Shown here in pieces: positions 48,553 through 61,800 of a DNA stretch of 64,000 bases. The notes beneath the pieces were generated by a model that was not told the DNA's origin, ran no database searches, and saw nothing but the letters and a program-made list of their open reading frames with translations. This stretch comes from Azolla caroliniana (taxonomy: Eukaryota; Plantae; Polypodiophyta), in NCBI GenBank assembly GCA_043228905.1, contig JBHGNT010000017.1:9610001-9674000 (forward strand). Direction: 5' to 3'. A program made the translations under genes and the position numbers. Position 1 is the first letter of the stretch; every line of letters begins with the position of its first letter.

Positions 48553-49375
48553 ACGGTGGCTGGTGGTTACCTTCAACGAAGTTCGCTGTGCACTCATAGT
48601 TGCAACCGGGCGTGCCAAATTGTGTTACCCGTTCCTTTGGGTGAACACCTTCAATAGATCTGCGGCTATCGGTATTCAAGGGCGTGGTACGTGAAGGCTC
48701 GTAACAGAGGCGTCGAGGGAGAGAGAGTGCTCAGAGAGAAAACACTAACGAGATCTGGACAGGCGTGGGCGGCGCTCAAATCATAGGTATGAATCAAAGC
48801 GCAGACACATGGAGCAAACTAGGCACAATTCAGATATATTACTGCGACAGAAGAGATTACAGAACATGGCCTACGGTCGGTGACCTTACAAGATTAGCTA
48901 GTTACGAGGGACTCAGCTAGTGCTTCCGCCTATATTTTTCTTCTCCCCCCCACTCTGAGGTACTGGTCCTCGTTTAAATAACTTTTCCCCCTAATACACA
49001 GCCGAGCCGTCGGTGGCCCGTGATACTCGGACTCGGTGTTTGCTAATTTCCTAATTTTACATTTCTGTCCTCTGGACAACACCATGGAAAGGGTTGTTGA
49101 ATACATGCTTAATGTTCAAAAAAGTCCCTCACATCGACTTCCTAGAATTGCATGGGAATCAAGCAAAAAGATCCAAAAGACGCATAAAAGCAAAATTTTG
49201 TGTTCCGGTTGGATGCAAGATATAGAAAAATGGTTTGGTAGAAGGGATGCGAGACACTTGCTTCATGATGCATCACTAGATTCCTTTGTAAATGAGGCCT
49301 TTTTGCAGTGCCAATGTATCCTGACATGGGACAAATGTGGAGGCTCACGCTTCACACATTATACTACACATGTTG

Positions 49376-52300
49376 TGTTGGGAATAGTGCGGAATATTGC
49401 TCGGCCACAACTGAGTCTTGAACACTTCAATGAGAATGGAGAACACAAAAATGAGAACTAAAGAGTGAACACAAGATGTTTACCTGGAAAACCCTAATAG
49501 GGGAAAAACCACGGGAGCCCACGGTCTCCAACTATCACTATATGAGAGGAAAATACAAAGTGGAGGCACAGAGGCAACGACCTCGTGCTCGCGATCCTCG
49601 CTAGATGGCGGTTACAATAGAGAGTGTTCGTAGCTACTCTCACGCTCTCACTCTCTCTATACAATAGTTATACACTTACAACAATATCAACAACCACTTA
49701 CAAAGTGATTGCCCTAAGTCATAATTATACTTATATGAACTTAGGGCTATTTACAAATATAGCCTTAGTAGGCTTACTCAGAAAACATATTTACAGATAT
49801 GTCTTCTCTTCCATTTCTCACCGGCTCTCTTCCGGTTCTCACCGGGTCCTCATTATTCATCACCAGATCCCATCCAGAGAGACCTATTTCCCAACAATCT
49901 CCCCCTTCACTCCAGCATGGGATGTCTTGTCAGCCTGATCCGCTTTCTTCACGCGTCCAGCTTGTCGGTCGTCAACACCTTGGTCAGCATATCCGACCCG
50001 TTCTCCTCCGTGTGGATCTTTGTCAGCATGAACTCTTGATCTTCTACTCTCTCCCGGATCTAGTGGTACCTCCACTAGATATGTTTCGTCCGGGAATGGT
50101 AGGCCGCATTCTTTCCAAGGTGGATGGCATTTTGGTTGTCGCAGTAGAGCCGATATTCCCCCTATTGGATCCCTAGCTCTCCAATGAAGTCCTTCATCTA
50201 GATTATCTCCTTGCCAGCTTCTACAGCTGCCACGTACTCTGCCTCTGTGGTTGACAATGCAACCATCTTCTACAACCTCAACTGCCAGAAAACAACTCCC
50301 CATGCATAGGTCATGACATATCCAAATGTAGACCGGCTGGTATCTGCCAACATATCCGAATCCGTCAATCCGTCAAGTTGGGTATTACCGGAGCCGAACC
50401 GGAGACACATACTAGTAGTGCCTTTCAGATACCGGAGTATCCCCTTGACGGCGTACCAATGCGCTTTGCCGAGATTGCTAATGAACCGGCTCACCACTCC
50501 GACTGCATATCCGATATCCAACCGGGTACATACCATTGCGTACATCAAGCTCCCGACGGCAGAGGCATATGGTATCTTCATCATATCCATCTTCTCTGCC
50601 TTTGTCCTCGGGCTTTGTTTTCCGAATAGCTTGCAGTTTGCTAGAAGTGTCGATCCGACCGGTTTCGCCTCCGACATGTTGAACCGTTCAAGCACCTTGG
50701 TCACGTACTTCTCCTGTGACAACCACACCAGCTTCTTCGACTGGTCCCGGATGATGTGCATTCCTAGTATATGTCTTGCTGGACCCAAGTCTTTCATTGA
50801 GAAGGTCCGGTTCAGAGCCTTCTTCAACATTTGAATCTTGCCTTGGTCTCGTTCGACGATCAGCATATCATCCACATATAGGAGGAGTATCAGGAAGTCT
50901 CCTCCGTCAAATTTCTTCACAAACACACAATGATCGGCTTGCGTCTTGTGGTACCCTTGGTCGATAATGAAGGAGTTGAACTTCTGGTACCATTGTCGGG
51001 GAGCTTGCTTCAATCCGTATAAGCGCTTCTTAAGCCGACACACCAGGTGCTCCTTCCCTTTCTTCTCAAATCCTTCCTATTCATGCATGTAGATCTCCTC
51101 TTCGAGGTCACCATGGAGGAATGTCGTCTTCACGTCCAGTTGCTCTACCTCGAGGTCCATGCTTGCCGCTATGCCCAATACCTTCCGGATGGATGTCATC
51201 TTTACGACCGAGGCAAAGATCTCATCAAAGTTCACTCCTTTCTTCTACTGGAAGCCCTTCACCATGATTCGGACCTTATACCTTGGTGGATTTCCAACAT
51301 CTCCTGGTTTCAGCTTGTACACCCACTAGTTCCGGAGTGCTCTCTTCCCTTTCGGCAACTCCATCAGTTCATATGTGTGGTTCTCATGCTGGGAATCCAT
51401 CTCATCCTGCATGGCACTTAACCACTTGCGATTGTGGGTGTCTCTCTTTGCTTCTTCGAAGCTTTCCAGCTCCCCCTCATCGGTTAGCAACACATGCTCT
51501 ACATCCGGAAATCTTCGGGGGCTCTTCTCTCTTGGAGAGGATATCTCCGCCCTTGGTTTCTAACTATCGGTTCCTCTGTCAGTTCCGAATCCGAATCTTA
51601 TTCGAGATCTTGTCCGGTTCCGGTGTCTCCTTCTTCTTCTTCTTCTTCTTCTTCTTCTTCTTCTTCAGTCGGTTCGGTTTCTTGTCCATAACCGGCCGGT
51701 TCGTCGAGTGTCATCCAGTTACCGGTTAACCTCAAGTTTTCATCCGGGTATATCCTTTTGTCCTCAAGCCAGTTTTCATTGGATGATCCGGAGTTCGTCA
51801 CCTTCTTCTCCGACTCCTAGCCGGCAATGGTCATGTCTTCCATGAAGACTATGTCCTAACTCCGGAACATCTTCGTGTCGACCAGATCCACACCTGGTAA
51901 CCAAACTCATCATCGTTGTATCCAAGGAATATACATGGCCTGGACTTCGCATCCAGCTTTGCTCTCTTGTCCTTCGCCACATGCACGTATGTGAGACATC
52001 TGAACACCTTCAGATGCCAGTAAGACACATCCTTACTGGTCCATACTTTCTGCAGTGAGTCTCCATCCAAGGGTACTGAGGGTGATCTGTTTATCACATA
52101 GGTCGTCGTTGTTAGTGCCTTAGCCCAAAACGTCTTGGGTTGATCTTCCTGGCTTGAGCCACTATCAAGCTTCCTTTGTTGAACTTCATAACACCGTTCC
52201 GGATGCTACCTGTGTAGCCTTCATCATCTAGCCGACCGGCTGATATCAGGTTCAATCGAACCTCTGGAATGTGTCGGACATCCTTCAGCAGCAACTTGCA

Positions 52301-53335
52301 TCCGGTTGATGTCGTCAACAACACATCTCCTATGCCGATAATTCGGCATGTCCCTTCATTCCCCATCCGGACACAACCATGATCACCGGTTATGTAGGAT
52401 GAGAAGCATCTCCAGTCCAGTGTCAGGTGGAACGACGCTCCGGAATCGACAACCTACGTTGTCTCATCGCTGACAAGGTTTAACTCATTCTCTTCGGTAA
52501 TGAGCATTAGTTCTTCTTCACTTGTCACGATCACCGATGTTCCTTTTCGATCCGGGCCTCTCTAGTCCGAACCGTTTCAGTCTGAACTCTTCTTCGAATT
52601 GGTAGTGTCAGTTTCCTTCTCTTTCCAGAAATTCCGGCAGTTCTTCTGGAAGTGTCTCAGCTTCCCGCAATAGAAGCACGTGGGCCTCCCCCTTGACTTC
52701 GACCTCGTCCTCAATTTGTCTCGGTTTTGGGGACTCCGATACCGGTCTCTTCCTCAGTTGTGGTCATCTTCCGTGACCAAGGCCTTCGGATTGGTTCCGG
52801 ACTACTGGTCCTTCTGGTGAGCTTCTTCATCTAGCAAGCTTGATTTTACCCTTGCTAGGGACAATTGTTTTCCTTCCGGCCCGGCGTTTCCCAACGCGAC
52901 AACTAACGTCTCCCAGCTAACGTTTCCCAACGCGAGCAGGAGCAATGCGAGTACCTCATTGGCAAGAGGTACTGCCAACAAGGTTGCTTGGTGTATCAGC
53001 CCCTGGAAGGCATTCATGTGCTCCACCATGCTGGAGCCGTCTTGGTACCAGAGCCTCACTAGCTTCCAGAATACTGAAACCTGGTTAACGACATTCTTGT
53101 TTTGGAACATGATGCCAATCTTCTCCCAAAGTAAATGAGCCTTACTTTCTTCATTGAAGTTGTTGTACAGGCTCATGTCGATGAAGCACCGGATGTATGT
53201 CGTCGTCTTCATGTGCATCACCTCCCACACTATGGCGTCGATCTTATCCGGTCTCTTGTCCCCGAACTGAACCGGCAACCAAAGATCTTTGACCACCAAC
53301 ATATCCCTCATCTTCAACTTCCACACATAAAAGGA
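49376..53335 (-). mobile_element. Element H: degenerate Ty1/copia (3' LTR 49376-49896, gag-pol remnant)
   Basis: TGTTGGGAA..TTCCCAACA; PPT 49897-49907; LYGLKQAPRQW, LLLYVDDML, PYASAVGSLMYAM; gag near 53330-52800. Confidence 0.9.
51630..51666. repeat. (TTC)n tract encoding poly-Glu in the integrase-RT linker of element H
   Basis: Read directly, about 12 units. Confidence 0.85.
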
Positions 53336-53549
53336 AAGACTTTCCATTTTAGGTCTATATCCATTCCCTATTTAGGACTATACATGCGACTAGAATTTAA
53401 GAGTATTTGGTGTTTGTCTCTTAAATGTTACTATATCTTAGTGGGACATGGTCATAATCAAAATTATTTAAATTTAGGAATCTATAACTGTTAAAAAGGA
53501 TTAACAAAGTACAATACCGTTTATCATGTTCAGAAAAACATGCATCCAG

Positions 53550-54490
53550 AACGACGCCCTTGTATTTGGCCTCCATGCTTGAAAGTGCGATGGTTAGTTG
53601 CTTCTTGCTACTCCAAGAGATGGCTCCACTTCCAGGAGAGAAGGTGAACCCTGAGGTCAACCGTCGATCGGCTCTATAGCTGGCCCAATCGACATCTTGT
53701 ACCCTTCACATCGAATTGGTGTGGTTGATTTGTAGAGGATGTCGTAATCCATCGTCCCAATTACATACCTGAGTACTCACTTAGCACAATCCAAATGGAT
53801 GTTGTGAGGTGTCTGCATGCACTAACTAAGGAGGCCAATCATATATCTGAGGTCGGGTCGAGTAAAGGTGAGGTAGATTAGGCTTCCAACTAGCTGATGA
53901 TAGTGAGTCAGTTCACACTCTTCTGTGCCGGAGTCAGCATCTAGCGTCAAGTTTCGATCGAGAGGGGTTGCCATAGATTTGCACTCAATCATCCCAAACT
54001 TGTATAACAAGTTGAGGATGTAGTGAGTTGGGAGAACATGATCCCGATTGGTGTCCGAATTACCTTTATGCCGAGGAAGTAATGGAGCCCCTTCATGTAC
54101 ATCATCTCGAATTTGCCGGAGAGGAGGGACTTGACCTTGTTGATGTTGACTAGATGCTCACCTCCAATGACCAGATCATCCATGTATAGGATGATGACAA
54201 TCGGGTTTTCAGAATCACTTCTTACGTAGAGGGGGGTCTCCGATTGGTGTCCAAATTACCTTTATGCCAAGGAAGTAATGGAGCCCCTTCATGTACATCA
54301 TCTCGAATTTGCCGAAGAGGAGGGACTTGACCTTGTTGATGTTGACTAGATGCTCACCTCCAATGACCAAATCATCCATGTATAGGATGATGACAATCGG
54401 GTTTTCAGAATCACTTCTTACGTAGAGGGGGGTCTCCGATTTTGACATTCAGAAGCTGATTTGGTGAAGATACTGAGTAATCTTTGAATG
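53550..54490 (-). pseudogene. Separate Ty1/copia RT-RNase H fragment with a 196-bp tandem duplication
   Basis: ILYMDDLVI (twice), LVGSLIYLT..RPDL, AISWSSKKQ. Confidence 0.82.
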
Positions 54491-54806
54491 CAAAGAAAGG
54501 TCTACTCATAGTCGAATATGTGTGACTGTGCGTAACTATTGTGACTCGTGAGAGAGAGAGAGAGAGATAAGACAAGAAATGGAAATGAGATTATATTATG
54601 AGAAAACAAGGTTACAAAGAGTAGGCTAAAGGCTAAAGACTGGTGTTCTTATGCCCCAACGCCCTATCTCACATTGCAATGCATGTGAGCTAAGTCGCAT
54701 GGAAGCAATGGTTCGAATGGCAGATAACGGTATGGGCTCTAACATGTATCGATGTGTACGGTTTCCCCGTTCCGCAAAGAATATGGTTTTGTAGTTAGGT
54801 GCAACA

Positions 54807-55378
54807 TGTTGGGAAATAGGTCTCTCCGGATGGGATCCGGTGATGAATAATGAGGACCTGGTGGGAACCGGAAGAGAAGACATATCTGTAAATATGTTTT
54901 CTGAGTAAGCCTATTGAGGCTATATTTGTAAATAGCCCTAAGTTCATATAAGTATAAATATGACTTAGGGCAATCACTTTGTAAGTGGTTGTTGATATTG
55001 TTGTAAGTGTATAACTACTGTATAGAGAGAGTGAGAGCGTGAGAGTAGCTACGAGCACTCTCTGTTGTAACCGCCGTCTAGCGAAGATCGCGAGCACGAG
55101 GTCGTTGCCTCTGTGCCTCCACTTTGTATTTTCCTCTCATATAGTGATAGTTGGAGTCCGTGGGTTCCCGTGGTTTTTCCCCTATTAGGGTTTCCCACGA
55201 AAACATCTTGTGTTCACTCTTTAGTTCTCATTTTTGTGTTCTCCATTCTCATCGAAGTGTTCAAGACTTGGTTGTGGCCGAGCAATATTCCGCAGTATTC
55301 CCAACAAACTGGTATCAAAGCGAACAACACAAAAAATCGAAGAATCGATCGGCGGCATGTTCAAGCTCACCGGCTCCA
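54807..55378 (+). repeat. Inverted 5' LTR (54807-55306), PBS and leader of element H
   Basis: Reverse complement of 49376-49896; PBS TGGTATCAAAGC 55310-55321; adjacent CAACA is the inverted TSD. Confidence 0.9.
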
Positions 55379-55810
55379 GAGAGTGGTCGGCTATGCACAC
55401 TTTGCCCTAAACAAGTTCGTGAGTCTGAGTATCACACTTTGATACAATGCTCTGCCTTTGATCATATTCGACCATGCTTTCCACATCTCTTCAACCAAGC
55501 CCAATCCTTGCATGAATTCCTCTCACAACCACAATGTGCACTCTCGATTGCAACATTCATTGGTAAAGTTCTTCGACATCGAGAGTCACTGCTCACTTTC
55601 ACATGTATCACGTGAAATGTAATATTTTTGGTCTCATAGGTCATATTTGACCTCCGAAGACGATAATATAATCTATCTCTCTCCCTCTCTCTTTCTCTCT
55701 CTCTATCACCGACTCATTTTGGGATCTATTATGTACAATTTGTACATTGCCTTTGGCATTGTTAATTTTAATACCAATGGAGCATATTTTTTATGGAAAA
55801 AAAAAAAAAA

Positions 55811-58800
55811 GGGAGTAGTTATTGGGGATACACAAGTTAGTCTCTTACTCTACACAGACGACATTGTCTTGCTCTCGGAGTCGGAGCACGACCTACAAAA
55901 GCATCTTAATGCCCTAGATGACTTTTGTACACAACGAGGACTAGTAGTGAATCTAGTGAAAACTAAAGTCCTTATCTTTCATACATCATCCCGAGTTAGG
56001 AGTAAATGTCACATAATCCTCTCTCATAAACTAGTGAGATAGTTGGATCATATGTATACTTGGGAGTCACTTTTAGTGCTCGCTCAGGTAAATTCTCGAT
56101 GACCCAAGCAGCCAAAGATAGGCTAACGAGAGGGTATGCATCCCTCCCACTATTAGAGAGACAATGCCACCATGCATACTTTCAAAGAGCCACGGACTAA
56201 GGGATGGCTCTTCGACTCATTAGTGACCCCTTCCCTCATGTATGCATCAATAGTATGGGCTCCAGGTCTACCATCTTTCATGTGGACGCAATTAGAGAAA
56301 CCTTTGATGACAATCTTATCACGTCAACTCCGAAGCAATGGACGGGTTTCTAATGGACGTATTCACACTGTCTCCTTTTGAACACACTAGACTTAAGCTA
56401 TTTATGTAAATAGTGAGCAGGGTAGTTGCCCTAAGTTAGTCAGTATATAAATTGACTTTGTAACCTAGTTACGGGATGGTTGCTCACTTTGTAAAAAGTT
56501 GTAATAAACTTCATTGAACTCTGACTCTCTCTCTCTTGCAAACTAGTTGTCTTCTACTTTCTGTCTTTGCTGCCATCAAAGCTATTATCTTGCATCCATT
56601 TACAATCTTATCCTAGAAGAGTGTTGATTTTGTTCCGCATTAGAAGACGGCGTTCCCAACATTTGGTATCAAAGCAAGGTTTTTCTATTTGATTATGTTG
56701 CCGCCTTCTATGTAGTCTCCATCGACAACTCTCCTTTGTGTATCCTGAAGATCTTAGCTGATCTCGACAGGAAACCTACAACAAGATTAGTTACATAAAG
56801 AGAAACGTGACGAAGTCTGCACTCTATTGTTCTAGGTCACTCTTGGTTATGTGATCGTAGCCGCTCGAAGTGAGACTTCTATCCTGGCTAGGCCAAATCG
56901 TTGCTTCACTTGACTAGGCGGAAATCGAATAGATCATCTAACACTTTTCTCCTACTCGTCGTAGTCACCTGAAGCAAACACGACCCCAGGGGCAGCCCCA
57001 ATCTGTGTTTCATTTGACTGAACGACATTCGGGAGGACCAGTCGGTTCCGTCCCTCTCATCGTTGCAGTTAACCAAAACAGGATCGGCCTGGAGTACTGC
57101 ACATAATCCGTGTTGGAAAATCTCAACAAAAATAAATAAATAATAAAAAAACGATATTCGTAATTGACACAACTTGTGTTCAACTTCGGCTATAACAACA
57201 TCGAGGGAGCCTGGCTGCTGCACTCCACCACAGTTCGTAGCTAGCTCCGGACAAAGTCTATTATACCAATACAGATTGCTTCAACATCCGGCACGTCAGA
57301 GATGAGTCTACGGAAGTTCGACAGATCAAACTTCAACTTCTGGAAGGAGCAGATGCAAGACTATCTAATAGTCAAAGGACAAATTGACCCCATTGAGAAT
57401 GAAGACCCTCCAGAAGGATACAAGTCGCTTGAATGGGAAAAGCTCGACAAAATCGTCCGAGCCACCATTCGGATGCACCTATCAGAGTCTGTGTACTTCA
57501 CGGTGCAATCGTGTTCAACTGCCTTCCAACTATGGAAGACACTTTCGGACACTTACGAAAAGAAGGTCACCGCTACCAAGATATACCTGATTCAGCGCCT
57601 TTATAACCTTTGGATGAAAGAGTCTGACTTGTCCATGCACACTTAAACAAGTACGAAAGCTTAAGCTCCCAAATCTTTGCCCAGGGGACAATTATCGAGG
57701 ATGAACTAAAAGCAATGTTGCTCATGAGTCATCTCCCTCCTTCGTGGGAAACTTTCGTTACTACCGTGTGCAATGCGTCGACAGCTGCCGTCAAGTACTC
57801 CTCAGTCAGGAGTGCAATTCTGACTCAGGCAGCTTGGAGAAAATCGTTTGCTAACGACTCACCCAACAACGCTTACGTAGTGCAAGGTTCGACTGACCGA
57901 TCGAACGGCCGTAGAAGAAGTTCTTCATGGCAGCTGAATAATCAACGAAGTTGGTTGCCATGCAACTACTGCAAGAATCCTAGACACATCAAAGCCAATT
58001 GCCATGCACTCAAGGCCAAAAACGATAAGGCTCAGCGAGCCGAGCAGAAGAGTGGCCGACACGAGGAGATCAACTACATTGGCTCTTCGGCCGAAGTATT
58101 GACAAACGACCCAAATATATTGTCAATTGAGAACCCATTCGAATAAGAAGTTCTACTTACGACTAAAGAATCGAGCACATGGCTCTTAGATTCGGGTGCA
58201 TCCTTTCATGTGACTCCTCATCGATCCCAATTTCGGCAATACACGGTCTGACATTCCAACTTTGTTCGAGTAGGAAATTTGCAACACTGCAACATAATTG
58301 GAATTGGCACGATAGAGCTCAACCTTGAGGGTGGCTCTACGTTAGTACTACGCAATGTCCGACATGTACCTGAGAGCTCTCAAGCCCACTGATCTCAATC
58401 GGACAATTGGATGAAGGCGGCATCCGTGTTGGCTTCTCATCAGGAGGGTGGACGCTCCACAGAGGGAACCTCCTGCTTGCTCGAGGACTGAAGATACACT
58501 CATTACATCCTTTGCACGTCACACTTAGAGAGGGTGACCTTTTTTTGGTTGGCATTCCCGTGTCATCACTCTGGCACAGATGACTTGGACACCTCATCAA
58601 GGCTGGCATCACGCACTTATCTAGAGCCGGATACATCCCAAAACACTTCCTCTCAGATCATCAGTTGTGCGAGCAATGCCAATACGGCAAGCATATAGCC
58701 GTAACACACCCTTCATCTACCCCGAGAGAATCGAGTCTGCTCGATTTGGTCCACTCAGACATATGTGGTCCTATGCCACATCAATCCCTTGGCAGTGCTC

Positions 58801-61800
58801 TGTACTTCGTCAACTTCATTGATGACTCAACTCGGAAGGTGTGGGCTTATCCGATCAAAACCAAAGATCGTGTTTTCTTGATCTTTTCCGATTGGCTTGC
58901 CATGGTTGAGAATCAGTCCGGCCGAAAACTGATAAGCCTTCGGTCCGATAACGGGGGAGAGTTCAAATCAGAGGAATTTACGACACCCTACAATCCAGAG
59001 CAGAATGGAATTCCCGAGCGAATGAATCAGACAATCCAAGAAAGAATAGTTTCCATGCTCCAACACTCCGGACTGTCGGATGGCTTTTGGGCAGAGGCCC
59101 TACTTATGGCAGTACACATAATCAATATGTCGCCGAGTAGGCCTCTAGGACTTCGGATACCTCAGGAATTATGGACCGGCAGTAAGCCGAATTACGACAA
59201 GCTGAGGATTTTCAGATGTGAGGCGTATGCCCTCGTCCAGAAAGATGATCGCCACAAACTTGCACCACAGTCTAGGAAATGTATTTTTCTTGGTTATGGA
59301 ACAAATGGCAAAATGGGATACCGACTCTAGGACCCCCAACACAGACAGATTGTCTGAAGTTCAAACGTCGTGTTCAATGAGTCAGCCATGCATCAATCGA
59401 TCGAAAAGCCGATTAAAGTCCGAAGGGTAATCTTTTCCGATGTGCCAGCCCTTCACGAAGGCCCAGCGCACAACACACGGTCAGCCTCACGGGTAGCTGA
59501 ACCTTCAAACACCGACTCGGAGAACTTCGACTCAGCACAACCGAACGATTCGGCTTTGGACCATCTAACCATGACACCCAATGCAACTAGTCTAGTCATA
59601 CCTCGAAGATTCGAGAGACTGTTACAACCCCCAGAGAGATACTCTCCTGGCATCTTCTTTACGGACGTCGGAGAACCGACGTCATACGAAGAAGCATCAA
59701 CGCCAGTCGATTCAGCCACCTAGCATCTGGCAACAAAGTCCGAAATGAACTCCATTCACACAAACAAGACTTGGGACCTGGTCGAATTACCGAAAAATCG
59801 ACGGGCTCTTCTGTGCAAGTGGGTCTATCGAATTAAGGAGACATCCGATTCAACCCACCCAAAATTCAAAGCCAGATGACGTCGGAGAACCGACGTCATA
59901 CGAAGAAGCATCAACGCCAGTCGATTCGGCCACCTAGCATCTGGCAACAAAGTCCGAAATGAACTCCATTCACACAAACAAGACTTGGGATCTGGTCGAA
60001 TTACCGAAAAATCGACGGGCTCTTCTGTGCAAGTGGGTCTATCGAATTAAGGAGACATCCGATTCAACCCACCCAAAATTCAAAGCCAGATTAGTAGCAA
60101 AGGGTTTTCGACAGGAACACGGTGTCGATTTTGACGAAATCTTTTTGCCAGTGGTGAAGATGACAACCCTTCGATTCATGTTCGGTGTAGTAGAAGCCGA
60201 AAATTTGGAGCTGATTTAGCTAGATGTCAAAATGGCATTCCTCCATTGTGATCTTGAGGAGGAAATTTATATAGAGCAACCGAAAGGTTTCGTGGCATCC
60301 GGCCAAGAATATCTAGTCTACTGACTCAAGAAGAATCTTTATGACCTGAAATAGGCGCTGCGATAGTGGTACAAGAAGTTCGACGACTTCATCCAGTTGA
60401 TCGGCTTCTCAAAGAGCGATGAGGACCATTGTCTCTTCACGAAGACAGCTCGAGATGGATCACCCATCTTCCTCATCATCTCGTGGACGAATGCTAATCT
60501 CTGGACACCATGCAGGCAAACTCACCGAACTCATTCGGCAATTGCAGTTGAAGTTTTCCATGAAGGATCTCGGTCCGGCACGACACATTCTTGGTATGAA
60601 GATCAGTCGGAATCGTAATCAACGACAATTGTTTCTGTCCCAATCCGACTACATTGGACGTGTCCTAGAACGCTTCAACATGCACTTGGCAAAATCTACC
60701 TCTACCCCACTCCCCATTAGTACTCGATTGTCTCAGTGAGACTGCCCGACATCCAATTCGAAGGGGGAAATTATGAAGTTGGTACCGTATGCACCGGCAG
60801 TTGGCTCCCTAATGTACGCGATGGTCGCGACACAGCCTGATATCACTCATGCCTTTGGAGTCGTTAATAGATTTATGCATAATCCCGACCGATCGCACTG
60901 GAATGCAATCAAGCATATGTTTAGATATATGGTGGGCACAAAAGACCTTAGTATTTTGTTCGGCCTGAACGGCATCTCAGGCGTAGTCGGATACACTGAC
61001 TCGGACTTTGCAGGTTGCATAGACAGCCGTAAATCGACAACCAGATATTGTTTTAAACTTCCAATGGAGCGATCTTGTGGAAGTCGAAACTTCAGGAGTG
61101 CACCGCCACATCAACGACCAACGTTGAATACATAGCCGCGTACGATGCAGCAAAAGAGGCCTTATAGCTCGGTCGGCTGGCCTGCACATTTCGACAAGCC
61201 GAAATCGGCTTGGCTCCAATTGTTTACAATAATAGTCAGGGTGTTGTTGCTTTGTCGAAAAATCTGGTTCATCACAATGCCTCCAAGCATATCGACGTTC
61301 AATATCATTTCGTTTGGGACAATGTCATTACAGGGAAAATCGGACTAGAGAAAATATCAACAACCGATAATGTCGCGGATGCATTAACCAAGTGTCTTTC
61401 GGCGAATCGATTTCGATCCCTTAGGCAACACATGGGCGTAATGAAGAATCGGTTCAATCAAATCGGACACTCAGGATGCTCTTCGGACACCAGACTTCGG
61501 CTCTTTGGAACTTTGTATCAATTTGTATTATATACTCATTTCGATTACAGATTTCGGATGTATACGCCCATTACGGGGGAGTGTTGAATACGGGTTTCTA
61601 ATGGATATATTCACATTGTTTCCTTTTGAACACACTAGACGTAAGCTATTTATGTAAATAGTGAGAAGGGCAGTTTGCCCTAAGTTAGTTAGTATATAAA
61701 CTGACTTTGTAACCTAGTTACGAGTTGGTTGCTCACTTTGTAAAAAGTTGTAATAAACTTCATTGAACTTTGACTCTCTCCCTTGCAAACTAGTTGTCTT

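Larger units (their letters stand above)
27201..49081 (-). mobile_element. Element F: non-chromovirus (Athila/Tat/Selgy-like) Ty3/gypsy with a large extra ORF; hosts element G and a duplication
   Basis: 5-bp TSD CCATG (27196-27200, 49082-49086); 5' LTR 48623-49081; 3' LTR 27201-27638 (about 12 differences in 438 bp); PBS TGGCACGCCCGGT 48605-48617 (tRNA-Arg type). Confidence 0.9.

Noticed and set aside
49376-55306. DIRS-like or TIR element with 500-bp inverted repeats
   Set aside because: Explained by a secondary inversion of a normal copia 5' LTR; the TSD and LINE flank are inverted with it
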